Positions 1 to 10,672 are shown, counted from the first letter of the stretch. The stretch: 32,000 nucleotides of DNA from Vibrio vulnificus CMCP6 (GCF_000039765.1 NC_004459.3:570001-602000); one strand, 5' to 3'. Made by a program: numbers and translations. The notes: generated by a model from the sequence alone, not told the origin.

Positions 1-2
1 AC

Positions 3-182
3 TTAAGAGTAGAATGCACCTCACGACTGTTTCGCTTTGTTGATGATCTTGAACTCAAAATCGTCGATGGCCAATTGCTCGTCCGTTCAGAGTCACGCGT
101 TGGTTACTCCGATCTTGGCGTCAATCGCAAGCGCGCAGAGCAATTAAGAAGCTTACTGACTGAGGCGGGTTTCATTAAGTAA
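3..182 (+). CDS. C-terminal part of a DUF1499-like protein (5' end outside window)
   Basis: Open frame from base 3 to TAA at 180-182 reads LRVECTSRLFRFVDDLELKIVDGQLLVRSESRVGYSDLGVNRKRAEQLRSLLTEAGFIK; SRVGYSDLGVNRKR resembles the DUF1499 C-terminal signature. Confidence 0.65.
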   Translation, partial: LRVECTSRLFRFVDDLELKIVDGQLLVRSESRVGYSDLGVNRKRAEQLRSLLTEAGFIK

Positions 183-278
183 AGGCAAAGGGTAAACAAC
201 AAGCGAAAGTACTTATTGTGACAGAGCTTTGCTATACTCTCGCCAATTCTATGTTTGTTTAAAAATTAAGAGATTGAT

Positions 279-974
279 ATGAAAGTCGGTATTATCGGTG
301 CCATGCAACAAGAAGTGGCCATCCTTAAAGAAGCAATGACCAACGCACAAACCGTAAATAAAGCAGGTTGCACCTTCTATTCAGGTCAAATCAATGGTGT
401 TGAGGTTGTGCTACTGCAATCCGGCATTGGTAAAGTTGCTGCCGCGATTGGCACCACTATCCTTCTCGATGAATATCAACCTGATATGGTGCTCAACACC
501 GGTTCTGCAGGTGGTTTTGATTCCAGCTTAAATCTTGGTGATGTGGTCATTTCGACTGAAGTCCGTCATCACGATGCTGACGTGACGGCATTTGGCTATG
601 AAATGGGCCAAATGGCAGGTCAACCAGCCGCTTTCCTCGCTGATGAAAAATTGATGAACTTGGCTGAAAAAGCGTTAGAGCAAATGGATGGACAACACGC
701 GGTTCGTGGTCTCATCTGTACTGGTGATGCATTCGTTTGTACCGCTGAGCGTCAAGCCTTTATCCGTCAACACTTCCCATCCGTGATTGCAGTTGAAATG
801 GAAGCGTCTGCGATTGCACAAACTTGTTACCAATTCAAAGTGCCGTTTGTAGTCGTACGTGCAATTTCAGATGTGGCAGACAAAGAATCACCAATGAGCT
901 TTGAAGAGTTCTTACCTTTGGCAGCCAAGAGCTCGTCAGAAATGGTCTTCAAAATGTTGGAACTGCTGAAGTAA
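279..974 (+). CDS. mtnN: 5'-methylthioadenosine/S-adenosylhomocysteine nucleosidase
   Basis: 231 aa, [20 protein letters not shown]... with AAIGTT, NTGSAGG and EMEASAIAQ motifs typical of MtnN/Pfs. Confidence 0.97.
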   Translation: MKVGIIGAMQQEVAILKEAMTNAQTVNKAGCTFYSGQINGVEVVLLQSGIGKVAAAIGTTILLDEYQPDMVLNTGSAGGFDSSLNLGDVVISTEVRHHDADVTAFGYEMGQMAGQPAAFLADEKLMNLAEKALEQMDGQHAVRGLICTGDAFVCTAERQAFIRQHFPSVIAVEMEASAIAQTCYQFKVPFVVVRAISDVADKESPMSFEEFLPLAAKSSSEMVFKMLELLK

Positions 975-985
975 TCGCCATATCT

Positions 986-1939
986 ATGACAGAGCTGTTT
1001 GATCAACTCTATGCCAACGGTGCGCTCCTCATTCTTTGGGGAGCGTTACTGTTCCATCTCATTATCCCGATTCCACGCTCCTCTCATCCCGTCACACTCT
1101 GGCACAAATTTGCACAGCTGTTGGCAGATAAAGTCAATACCCAACAAAGCTATCAACAAAGCCTCATCTCAGGCCATTTAGCGTTATTGTTGATGCTGTT
1201 TCCTTGTTTAGCGGTCCTGTTTGCTTTAAAACCCTTGGTTTGGCAACCGCAGCTATTTGAACTTGCATTGCTGCTGTTGGCGCTAGATTGGCGCAGTAAC
1301 GAGAGCCTCGCCAAAGCGCTGATTCGTGCTATGGCTAATGAGGATAAAGCTGCGGCAAGAAGCCTATTGGCCCCCTACCTCAATCGAGAAACCACCACCC
1401 TCTCCCAACTTGGTATCGGCAAAGCCGCTGCAGAGACCTTGATCATGGGATATGGGAGAAATGTCGTTGGCGTTCTCTTTTGGTTTGCGCTTTCAGGCGG
1501 CATTGGGGCATTGATGTATCGCCTCACGATTGAACTAGCAAGAGCCTGGTCACCAAGTCGCGCCAACTATGCGCCATTTGGTGTGGCCACCGTGCGATTC
1601 GCCGCAGTACTGGATTTTATTCCGCTGCGTTTATTTGCCGTTATGATCCTGCTTGGTCAACACACAGGTCAAACATGGCAAGGCATGCGTCAACAAGTCG
1701 CTTCTTGGCCATTGCCGGGTCCGGCTTGGTTACTGTGTGCCGTAGGCAACAAGCTGCAACTCTCTTTGGGAGGGCCAGCGATTTATCAAGGTAAAAGAGC
1801 CGAAAGAGCCAAAATTGGTGGACGCATTGCGCCCTCCGCTTTGCATATTGATCAGCTACAACATTTATTAGCACGTAGGATCCTAGTTTGGATTTTGCTT
1901 CAGAGCCTACTTATGGGGCTTATTTATCAAGGGATATGA
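986..1939 (+). CDS. CobD/CbiB-like membrane protein (divergent)
   Basis: 317 aa hydrophobic protein with weak CbiB-like regions (AAAETLIMGYGRNVVGVLFWFALSGGIGALMYR); sits between mtnN and btuF; starts 11 nt after the mtnN stop. Confidence 0.65.
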   Translation: MTELFDQLYANGALLILWGALLFHLIIPIPRSSHPVTLWHKFAQLLADKVNTQQSYQQSLISGHLALLLMLFPCLAVLFALKPLVWQPQLFELALLLLALDWRSNESLAKALIRAMANEDKAAARSLLAPYLNRETTTLSQLGIGKAAAETLIMGYGRNVVGVLFWFALSGGIGALMYRLTIELARAWSPSRANYAPFGVATVRFAAVLDFIPLRLFAVMILLGQHTGQTWQGMRQQVASWPLPGPAWLLCAVGNKLQLSLGGPAIYQGKRAERAKIGGRIAPSALHIDQLQHLLARRILVWILLQSLLMGLIYQGI

Positions 1940-2757
1940 TGAAAACTCTCTCTTCACTTCTTCTACTGTTTTCGGTCAGTTTACAAGCAGCCCCCATTGA
2001 ACGCGTCATCAGCTTGGCACCACACGCCACCGAGATCGCGTACGCAGCAGGGCTTGGAGATAAACTGATTGCCGTTAGCGAGATGAGCGATTATCCAGAG
2101 GCAGCAAAAAAGTTAGAGAAAGTCTCCAACTACAAGGGGATTAACCTAGAGAAAATCATCACTTTAAAACCGGATTTGATCATCGCATGGCCGGCGGGTA
2201 ACCCTGCAAAAGAGTTAGAAAAACTCGAGCAGTTTGGCTTTAAGATCTACTACTCACAAACCAAATCACTTAAAGATATTGGCGATAACATTGAACAACT
2301 CAGTCAATACAGTGATGATCCGCAAATCGGCCTAAACAATGCTCGAGATTACCGAACTCATCTCGAAGCACTAAGAGCAAAGTACCAAAATCTCCCTAAA
2401 ACCCGCTACTTCTACCAACTCAGCGACACGCCGATCATCACCGTTGCTGGCCAAAACTGGCCTACAGAGGTCTTTCGTTTTTGTGGCGGTGAGAATGTGT
2501 TTGATGGCGCATCAGCACCTTATCCTCAAGTCAGTATTGAGCAGGTGATTCTAAAAAGACCCCAAGCCATGTTCGTTTCTCCTCACGCGATTCAAAATAA
2601 CGGCATGTGGAGCCCTTGGGTTGAGGAGATTCCAGCATTAAAAAATGCGCATTTTTGGCAGCTCGATGCAGATTGGTTAAACCGACCAACCCCTCGCACC
2701 TTACTGGCGATTGAACAAGTCTGTGAGCACTTTGCCAGCATCGAGCAAAAACGCTAA
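1936..2757 (+). CDS. btuF: Vitamin B12-binding periplasmic protein BtuF
   Basis: Signal peptide MMKTLSSLLLLFSVSLQAAP, then IERVISLAPHATEIAYAAGLGDKLIAVSEMSDYP. Likely start is ATG 1936, overlapping the upstream stop, rather than the track start 1888. Confidence 0.92.
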   Translation: MMKTLSSLLLLFSVSLQAAPIERVISLAPHATEIAYAAGLGDKLIAVSEMSDYPEAAKKLEKVSNYKGINLEKIITLKPDLIIAWPAGNPAKELEKLEQFGFKIYYSQTKSLKDIGDNIEQLSQYSDDPQIGLNNARDYRTHLEALRAKYQNLPKTRYFYQLSDTPIITVAGQNWPTEVFRFCGGENVFDGASAPYPQVSIEQVILKRPQAMFVSPHAIQNNGMWSPWVEEIPALKNAHFWQLDADWLNRPTPRTLLAIEQVCEHFASIEQKR

Positions 2758-2828
2758 CGTTTGGCTGGAAAATTTCGTACAATTTGCCCCCATTTTCTGT
2801 TCCCTCACTTTTTAAGGCATTAAGTAAC

Positions 2829-3449
2829 ATGGACTCCATGCTGCTGTATTTTATCGATTTATTTGGCACCGCTGTTTTTGCTGTTTCCGGCGTTCTCTTG
2901 GCTGGACGGTTAAAGATGGATCCTTTTGGTGTGGTTGTATTAGGCAGCGTGACCGCGATTGGTGGTGGCACTATTCGCGATATGGCCTTGGGCGCAACCC
3001 CCGTCTTTTGGATCAAGGACACCACCTATCTTTGGGTTATCATCGTTACCTGTCTGTTGACAATGCTCGTTGTGCGCCGACCTAAGCGCTTAGCGTGGTG
3101 GATATTACCCGTCTGCGATGCCATTGGCTTGGCGGTATTTGTTGGGATCGGTGTCGAGAAAGCCCTCGCCTATCAAGATTCAGCGATGGTCGCGGTGATC
3201 ATGGGCGTCATTACCGGCTGTGGTGGCGGTATTATTCGCGATGTGTTAGCGCGTGAGATTCCAATGGTGCTGCGAAGTGAAGTGTATGCGACTGCCTGTC
3301 TTGTTGGTGGGATATTCCACACATCTGCCCTAAGCCTTGGCTATGATCACTCTACAGCCTTATTGGCAGGTGTGTTTTCGACCTTGATCATCCGCTTGGG
3401 CGCCATTCGCTGGCATTTATCATTGCCTACATTTGCACTAAATAAATAA
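2829..3449 (+). CDS. TRIC/UPF0126 family membrane protein (YadS-like)
   Basis: Duplicated glycine-rich motifs GGGTIRDMALG and GGGIIRDVLARE typical of UPF0126/TRIC; start at ATG 2829 (MDSMLLYFIDLFGTAVFAVSG) preferred over 2784. Confidence 0.9.
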   Translation: MDSMLLYFIDLFGTAVFAVSGVLLAGRLKMDPFGVVVLGSVTAIGGGTIRDMALGATPVFWIKDTTYLWVIIVTCLLTMLVVRRPKRLAWWILPVCDAIGLAVFVGIGVEKALAYQDSAMVAVIMGVITGCGGGIIRDVLAREIPMVLRSEVYATACLVGGIFHTSALSLGYDHSTALLAGVFSTLIIRLGAIRWHLSLPTFALNK

Positions 3450-3454
3450 TCTGT

Positions 3455-3477
3455 GTTGGCCGACTTTATCGGCCAAC
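3455..3477 (+). terminator. Hairpin just after the TRIC-family gene, possible end-of-operon structure
   Basis: GTTGGCCGA-CTTTA-TCGGCCAAC, perfect 9-bp stem and 5-nt loop, 6 nt after the stop codon; no clear T-tract follows. Confidence 0.45.
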
Positions 3478-3561
3478 GTCACGCCTCACTTGCTTTCGCC
3501 TTGGCAGCCGACTCTTTACTCGTTAAAGTGAACTACCTATTCCCACTCGTCATCAATCATT

Positions 3562-4407
3562 ATGTTACTCGAAGGCATTGAAACCTTATTGGTTCTGCAT
3601 AAAGAAAAGACCATGAGTCGCACCGGCAGTCAGCTCTATATTAGTCAATCTGCTGTCAGTAAACGCATTGCGAATCTTGAGAAAAAGCTTGGGAAGAAAC
3701 TGATTGAGCCTGATGGACGTCATATTCGTTTAACCGCTGACGCTCAAGCCTTAATAAAGAGTATTGAACCGAGTTTTAATGAGCTGCGTGGGCAGATCTA
3801 CGATCAGCAACTTATCGAAGATAATGCATTGATTAAAATCGATTGTTCAGAAACGCTACTGGCGGGTTATTTGAACAATGCGATGGAAGCACTGTATCAG
3901 CAGGATCGTCACCTTTCCTTGACCACCAACCACACACCTAGGATTGTGGAACACGTTCAGTCAGGCAAAGCCACACTCGGATTTTGCGCCGGCTATTTAC
4001 CGCCAAATCATGGGCTGATGACCTTTCACCTTTTTGATGAATCTTTTAGCATCATTAGTAAGTACCCACTAACTGAGCTACCAAAAGCAATCATAACCAA
4101 TGACCTCAACAATCCCGCCAATACCTATCAACTGGCTGCATTGTCAGCGGTGGGTGTGACGCCCTTGATGCAAATGGACTCTTACACCGCGTCAGCCCAG
4201 CTCGCCGTGGGTGGAATGGCCCCCGCCCTAGTGCCGAAATCCGTGATTAACGCATTACGAATAGAGCCACAGTATTGCTATCACTTTGACGAGCTTAGCC
4301 ATCTCACTCGTCCGGTGACGATATGTTGCCGCGCCAAAAGTCATCAAAACAGCCGAGTTAAAACAGTGATAACAACCATTGCTGATGCTGTTGCCAAAGT
4401 AGTTTAG
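3562..4407 (+). CDS. LysR-family transcriptional regulator
   Basis: 281 aa; N-terminal HTH LYISQSAVSKRIANLEKKLGKKLIEPDGRHIRLTADAQAL is a LysR signature. Confidence 0.92.
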   Translation: MLLEGIETLLVLHKEKTMSRTGSQLYISQSAVSKRIANLEKKLGKKLIEPDGRHIRLTADAQALIKSIEPSFNELRGQIYDQQLIEDNALIKIDCSETLLAGYLNNAMEALYQQDRHLSLTTNHTPRIVEHVQSGKATLGFCAGYLPPNHGLMTFHLFDESFSIISKYPLTELPKAIITNDLNNPANTYQLAALSAVGVTPLMQMDSYTASAQLAVGGMAPALVPKSVINALRIEPQYCYHFDELSHLTRPVTICCRAKSHQNSRVKTVITTIADAVAKVV

Positions 4408-5155
4408 AAGCCATTGCCATCGACATCACAATGACCAGAGGACGGATCCATTTGTGTCCTTTGGTCACCACCACTTTTGCCCCCAAGCGCGCACCAATAA
4501 AGCCCCCCACTGCCATCACTAAGCCCACTTTCCAGACTGGCAATCCCGCCAGCACAAAAAACAGCAATGCCGCGATGTTAGAGGTAAAATTGAGCACCTT
4601 GGTTCGCGCAGTGGCTTCAACGAGGGAAAACTGCCCAAGCACAACAAAACAAACGGTAAAGATCGATCCCGTTCCCGGGCCAAAAAAACCATCATAGAAA
4701 CCAACACCACCACCGACCGACAGTGCAAACATCGCCTCGGATAACTTTGGCTGTCCCCCTGTATTGCGGGTGGGCGGCGCGAGTAAAAAATAGAGCGAAA
4801 TCGCGATTAGCAGCACGGGAATCAAGCTGGTTAGCACGCTGGCATCAATCACTTGAACAAGCTCTGCCCCGATGGCCGCCCCTATAAAGGTGCATGCGAT
4901 GGCGACTTTCATCTCTTTTAAACTAACGATGCCATTACGGACAAAATATAAGCTGGCTGAGAAACTGCCGAATGAGCTTTGCAACTTATTGGTCGCCAAT
5001 GCTTGTGTTGGGCTCAACCCTGAAGCCAACAACGCAGGAAGAGTGAGCAGTCCACCACCACCCGCCATGGCATCAATAAAACCAGCCACAGAAGCAACAA
5101 AGAACAGTGCTGCCAACATCTCAATCGTTATGTCCAATTCAAGCATCCTTTTCAA
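4358..5155 (-). CDS. Sulfite exporter TauE/SafE (TSUP) family permease, YfcA-like
   Basis: 265 aa; GFIDAMAGGGGLLTLPALLASGLSPTQALATNKLQSSFGS and GFYDGFFGPGTGSIF motifs. Confidence 0.92.
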   Translation of the reverse strand: MKRMLELDITIEMLAALFFVASVAGFIDAMAGGGGLLTLPALLASGLSPTQALATNKLQSSFGSFSASLYFVRNGIVSLKEMKVAIACTFIGAAIGAELVQVIDASVLTSLIPVLLIAISLYFLLAPPTRNTGGQPKLSEAMFALSVGGGVGFYDGFFGPGTGSIFTVCFVVLGQFSLVEATARTKVLNFTSNIAALLFFVLAGLPVWKVGLVMAVGGFIGARLGAKVVVTKGHKWIRPLVIVMSMAMASKLLWQQHQQWLLSLF

Positions 5156-5654
5156 AGAGGAAGAGTAAAGAACAAGACGGTAGCATCAAAACTAGCGAGG
5201 TAAAAAGGAAACCCAAGACAGCAATCCATTCCTAAAATTCATCAATTGTATTTTGTTAGAAACATAGTTTATTTGGGATGCTTCAAATACGCTCATTTAT
5301 TGCAAAGACATATCCTGAAAGCGCTATTTGCCCTTCAATCTTCACACTCAGTAACAAATTACCTCTCTTGAAGAGCGTGATTCACGTTCAAAATGCGCCA
5401 CATTTTAACTGACGTTATTTTCCATTCTCTGAAGTACTTGAAAATGAGCGAAAGTCACAGCGTCTAATGATTAAACCAAGCATGACACCAATTTTTCTCT
5501 GATCTGCGCTGAATTCTTTAGGCAGAGTCATTTTTTTCGCTTTTCCTTTATGCGTACATGTCACTTACCTTGATAGAACAGCAACCAGCCCAAAAGTGAC
5601 ATAATTGGTCAGCGGCGAGTTCGGATTTCACTTTTGACCACCTGAATCAATAAC

Positions 5655-6059
5655 ATGAAAAGAAAACTACTCTTAATTCAACTCTTTTTCCTCTCATCGT
5701 TGGCACATGCGGAACAAGGCGAGTTTATTGCTGAGCGCCCAGTTTATGACCACACAATTGCTTTAGAGCATCTCGCGTCGATTACGTCATCACTTGACAG
5801 TTATAGAGAGATGACGGAAATAGTCGATAGCCAGTTGATGGAGAAAGTGGACAACACAAGTTGGGAAATGCAGAACATCGGATTTCCTAACTGGACAAAC
5901 TACATCAAGGGAACGTTACTGAAACAGAACCTAAGAATCGCAGAACTGGAAAGGGATCAAGCTTCAACACCAGAGGAAATTCGCAAGAGGCAGAATAACC
6001 TTCAGCAAGCAAGGAAAGAGTACGAGGATTTCACTCAGCGCCATCAAGTCGTTGACTAA
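5655..6059 (+). CDS. Hypothetical secreted/periplasmic protein
   Basis: 134 aa with a plausible signal peptide MKRKLLLIQLFFLSSLAHA-EQG and a charged, helix-rich mature part (RIAELERDQASTPEEIRKRQNNLQQARKEYEDF). No family recognised. Confidence 0.65.
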   Translation: MKRKLLLIQLFFLSSLAHAEQGEFIAERPVYDHTIALEHLASITSSLDSYREMTEIVDSQLMEKVDNTSWEMQNIGFPNWTNYIKGTLLKQNLRIAELERDQASTPEEIRKRQNNLQQARKEYEDFTQRHQVVD

Positions 6060-6098
6060 GAGAATACAAGCCAAGCGTATTTGGCGATTTCTTTCTAG

Positions 6099-6124
6099 AA
6101 AAAAGCCCGCTCAAATGAGCGGGC
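6099..6124 (-). terminator. Rho-independent terminator for carAB
   Basis: On minus strand GCCCGCTC-ATTT-GAGCGGGC followed by TTTTTT; lies downstream of the carB stop. Confidence 0.9.
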
Positions 6125-6177
6125 AATGAGGTTGTCATATAAGCCGTTATAGTTATGAACTCAGGGCTTACTGATTG

Positions 6178-9100
6178 TTACGCTTTCAAACTCGCTTGCA
6201 CTTGCGCGTGCAGTTCCTGTACCGACGTCACGCTTGCTTTCGCGTCCGCCGTATGAGACATACAGGTCGCAAATGCCGCGTTAAGTGTCGTGGTGTAGTT
6301 CACTTTTTCTGCAAGTGCGCCACGGCGTAGAACTTTCGAATCTTCAATCGCTTGACGACCAGCCGCCGTGTTCACGATGTAGGTGTATTCGTTGTTCTTG
6401 ATGCGGTCAAGAATGTGAGGACGACCTTCGTGCACTTTGTTTACTAGACGTGGGTTGATGCCCGCTTCACCTAAGATCACTGCCGTACCGTGTGTCGCAT
6501 CCAGCTTGTACCCTAGTTTCAGTAATTTAGACGCTAGGTCAACCACACGTTGCTTGTCGCCTTCGCGTACCGAAAGCAGCGCACGACCACCTTCAGGATA
6601 CACATTGCCACAACCCAGTTCTGCTTTCGCATACGCTTCAGCAAAAGTTGCACCTACACCCATCACTTCACCCGTTGAGCGCATTTCAGGGCCCAATAGT
6701 GGGTCAACGCCAGGGAACTTGTTAAATGGCAGAACCACTTCTTTTACCGAGTAGTAAGGAGGAATAATCTCTTTGGTGAAACCTTGCGATTCCAGAGACT
6801 GACCAGCCATAACACGTGCTGCGATTTTCGCAAGTGGTGCACCGGTCGCTTTCGATACGAATGGAACGGTACGTGCAGCACGAGGGTTCACTTCGATGAG
6901 GTACACTTCGTTGTCTTTTACGGCAAACTGCGTGTTCATTAGGCCACGAACGCCCAACTCAAATGCCAGCTTTTCAACTTGCTCACGCATCTTGTCTTGG
7001 ATTTCTTGGCTTAACGTGTAAGCAGGCAGTGAACATGCTGAGTCACCTGAGTGAACACCCGCTTGCTCGATGTGCTCCATGATACCGCCAATCACCACGC
7101 GCTCACCGTCACAGATAGCGTCGATATCGACTTCAATTGCATCGTCTAGGAAGCGATCCAGTAGAACCGGTGATTCGTTCGACACGCTAACCGCTTCGTT
7201 GAAGTAGCGGCGTAGGTCTTGCTCGTCATAAACGATTTCCATAGCGCGGCCACCCAGTACGTAAGATGGACGAACGACCAATGGGAAGCCAATTTCACGC
7301 GACTTCTCAACCGCTTGCTCCATGGTGGTTACGGTTGCGTTCTCTGGCTGTAGCAGGCCTAAGCGGTCAACCGCTTGTTGGAAACGCTCACGGTCTTCCG
7401 CACGGTCGATGGCATCAGGGCTAGTACCGATAATTGGTACACCCGCCGCTTCTAGCGCACGCGCCAGTTTCAGTGGAGTTTGACCACCGTACTGCACGAT
7501 CACGCCTTTTGGCTTTTCAACACGAGCAATCGCCAACACATCTTCTAGAGTAACCGGTTCAAAGTAGAGACGGTCTGAAGTGTCGTAGTCGGTTGATACG
7601 GTTTCTGGGTTACAGTTCACCATGATGGTCTCGTAACCATCTTCACGTAGCGCTAGCGAAGCGTGTACACAGCAGTAGTCAAACTCAATACCTTGACCGA
7701 TACGGTTTGGACCACCGCCCAGAACCATGATCTTTTCTTTATCGGTTGGGTTCGCTTCACACTCATCATCATAAGATGAGTACATGTAAGCCGTATCCGA
7801 TGAGAATTCTGCCGCACAGGTATCAACACGCTTGTATACAGGGTGGATGTCGAATTGGTCACGTAGACGACGGATTTCACTTTCAGCCACGCCGAGTAGT
7901 TTTGATAGGCGAGCGTCGGAGAAACCTTTACGCTTCATTTGACGAAGCACATCTTGAGTTAAACCAGCAAAACCACCCGCTTTCACTTGCTCTTCCAGCT
8001 TCACAATCTCTTCGATTTGAACCAGGAACCAGCGATCGATGTTAGTTAGGTTAAACACACCATCAACTGACATACCCGCACGGAATGCATCGGCAATGTA
8101 CCAAATACGCTCAGCGCCCGCTTCTTTCAGCTCGTGGCGAATTTTGGTCAGTGCATCTGGTGAATCAAGATCAACCATCTCATCAAAACCAGTCGCGCCC
8201 ACTTCTAGACCGCGCAGCGCTTTGTGCAGTGATTCTTGTTGGTTACGGCCAATGGCCATCACTTCACCAACTGACTTCATTTGCGTCGTCAAACGGTCGT
8301 TAGCACCGGCAAATTTCTCGAAGTTGAAACGAGGAATCTTAGTCACTACGTAGTCGATGGTCGGTTCAAATGATGCTGGCGTCGCACCACCAGTGATGTC
8401 ATTTTGTAGCTCATCAAGCGTGAAGCCAACGGCTAGTTTCGCTGCAATCTTCGCAATAGGGAAACCTGTCGCTTTTGACGCTAGAGCAGAAGAGCGCGAT
8501 ACACGTGGGTTCATCTCGATGATAACCATACGGCCATCTTTCGGGTTGATACCAAACTGCACGTTTGAACCACCTGTCTCTACACCGATTTCACGAAGTA
8601 CCGCTAGCGACGCATTACGCATCAGTTGGTATTCTTTATCTGTCAGCGTTTGAGCCGGTGCCACGGTGATAGAGTCACCGGTGTGGATGCCCATTGGGTC
8701 GAAGTTTTCGATTGAACATACGATGATACAGTTGTCCGCTTTGTCGCGAACCACTTCCATTTCGTACTCTTTCCAACCGATCAAAGATTCATCGATAAGC
8801 AGTTCATTGGTTGGCGACAGGTCAAGACCACGGCGACAGATTTCTTCGAACTCTTCTTTGTTGTACGCGATACCCCCCCCCGTACCACCCATGGTGAATG
8901 ACGGGCGGATGATACATGGGAAGCCAACCATATCGAGCACTTTGTACGCTTCTTCCATGGTCTTCGCCGTATCAGCACGAGGACACTCTAGGCCGATAGA
9001 TTTCATCGCTTTGTCGAAACGCGAACGGTCTTCCGCTTTATCGATGGCATCAGCAGTTGCACCGATCATTTCTACGCCAAATTCCGCTAGCACGCCGTGC

Positions 9101-9411
9101 TTTTCAAGCGCAAGCGCACAGTTTAGAGCCGTCTGACCACCCATGGTTGGTAGAACCGCATCTGGACGCTCTTTTTCGATAATCTTGCGTACCACTTCCC
9201 ATTGAATTGGCTCGATGTAGGTCGCATCCGCCATATCTGGGTCTGTCATGATGGTCGCTGGGTTCGAGTTTACTAGGATAACTCGGTAACCTTCTTCACG
9301 TAGCGCTTTACATGCTTGTGCGCCTGAGTAGTCAAACTCACAAGCCTGACCGATAACAATTGGACCAGCACCTAGGATAAGAATGCTTTGAATGTCAGTA
9401 CGTTTTGGCAT
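6178..9411 (-). CDS. carB: Carbamoyl-phosphate synthase large subunit
   Basis: 1077 aa, [37 protein letters not shown]; duplicated ATP-grasp domains. Confidence 0.99.
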
Positions 9412-9427
9412 TGTCTACTACTCCAAA

Positions 9428-10567
9428 TTAAGCGCTGTGTTGTTTAATCAGTTCGATGAAATGGTCAAATAGCGGAGCTGCGTCGTGTGGACCTGGGCTC
9501 GCTTCAGGGTGACCTTGGAAGCTGAATGCTGGCTTGTCTGTGCGGTGAATTCCCTGCAAAGAGCCATCAAAGAGCGATACGTGAGTAGCACGTAGGTTAT
9601 CTGGTAGAGTTGCTTCATCAGCGGCAAAACCGTGGTTTTGCGAAGTAATCATCACCACATTGCGGTCTAAATCTTTTACAGGATGGTTTGCACCATGGTG
9701 ACCAAACTTCATCTTCACCGTTTTCGCACCAGACGCCAACGCGAGAATTTGGTGGCCAAGACAAATACCAAATACTGGTAGGCCATTTTCTAGGAACACT
9801 TTGGTTGCTTCAATCGCATAAGTACAAGGTGCTGGGTCACCAGGGCCGTTTGACAGGAAAACACCATCTGGGTTTAGCGCCAGAACGTCTTCTGCCGACG
9901 TTTCTGCTGGCACGACCGTTAAGCGGCAGCCGCGGTCAACCAACATTCGTAAGATGTTGCGTTTTGCGCCGAAATCGTAGGCAACAACGTGATATGGCAA
10001 TTCGCTGTCATCTTTCGCTTCTGGAAGTCCACCCTCAAGCGTCCACGAACCTTGTTTCCATTGATACGCTTCTTTTGTTGTAACCTCTTTCGCAAGATCC
10101 ATTCCTTTTAAACCTGGGAATTCTTTTGCTTTCGCCAGTGCCAAAGCTTCATCTAGGTTGTTACCTGCAACGATACAACCGTTTTGTGCACCTTTCTCAC
10201 GCAGAATACGAGTGAGCTTACGCGTATCAATATCAGCAATGCCGACAATGTTTTGCGATTTGAGGTAATCAGAAAGAGATTGTTCACTACGGAAGTTAGA
10301 AGCGATAAGAGGAAGATCGCGAATCACAAGGCCTTGAGCATGAATGGAAGAGGATTCTTCGTCTTCGGAAGTGGTTCCGGTATTGCCAATGTGAGGATAA
10401 GTAAGAGTAACGATTTGCTGGGAATAAGAAGGATCAGTGAGGATTTCTTGATACCCCGTCATCGAGGTATTGAAAACGACTTCTCCAACGGAAATACCAT
10501 CTGCGCCAATGGACACTCCGCGGAACACTGTCCCATCTTCCAGGACTAACAGTGCTGATTTACTCAA
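9428..10567 (-). CDS. carA: Carbamoyl-phosphate synthase small subunit, TTG start
   Basis: 379 aa, glutaminase motif [18 protein letters not shown]; the start codon on the minus strand is TTG, preceded by GGAGG 5 nt upstream. Confidence 0.98.
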
Positions 10568-10572
10568 GACAA

Positions 10573-10577
10573 CCTCC
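10573..10577 (-). promoter_or_regulatory. Ribosome binding site of carA
   Basis: GGAGG-TTGTC-TTG on minus strand. Confidence 0.8.
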
Positions 10578-10614
10578 AGAATAAAAATGCATAAAAAATA
10601 AATTAAACTGCAAA
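10576..10614 (-). promoter_or_regulatory. Candidate tandem ArgR boxes upstream of carA
   Basis: Two 18-bp windows (10576-10593 ccAGAATaaaaATGCAta; 10597-10614 aaTAAATtaaaCTGCAaa) separated by 3 bp; 8/10 and 7/10 matches to the defined half-site bases of TGAAT-N4-ATTCA. AT-rich background weakens this. Confidence 0.4.
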
Positions 10615-10631
10615 TCTGCCCTATCTATCAC
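10602..10631 (-). promoter_or_regulatory. Candidate proximal carA promoter (P2-like)
   Basis: Minus strand -35 GTGATA (10626-10631), 18-bp spacer, -10 TTTAAT (10602-10607). Confidence 0.35.
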
Positions 10632-10672
10632 CAGAAAAGTGTGATTTTGGGGAATTCAGACAAATTGGCGGT

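Noticed and set aside
8666-9136. 156-aa + strand ORF and neighbouring antisense ORFs over carB
   Set aside because: carB is a complete conserved protein on the minus strand; these are shadow frames of a GC-balanced coding region.
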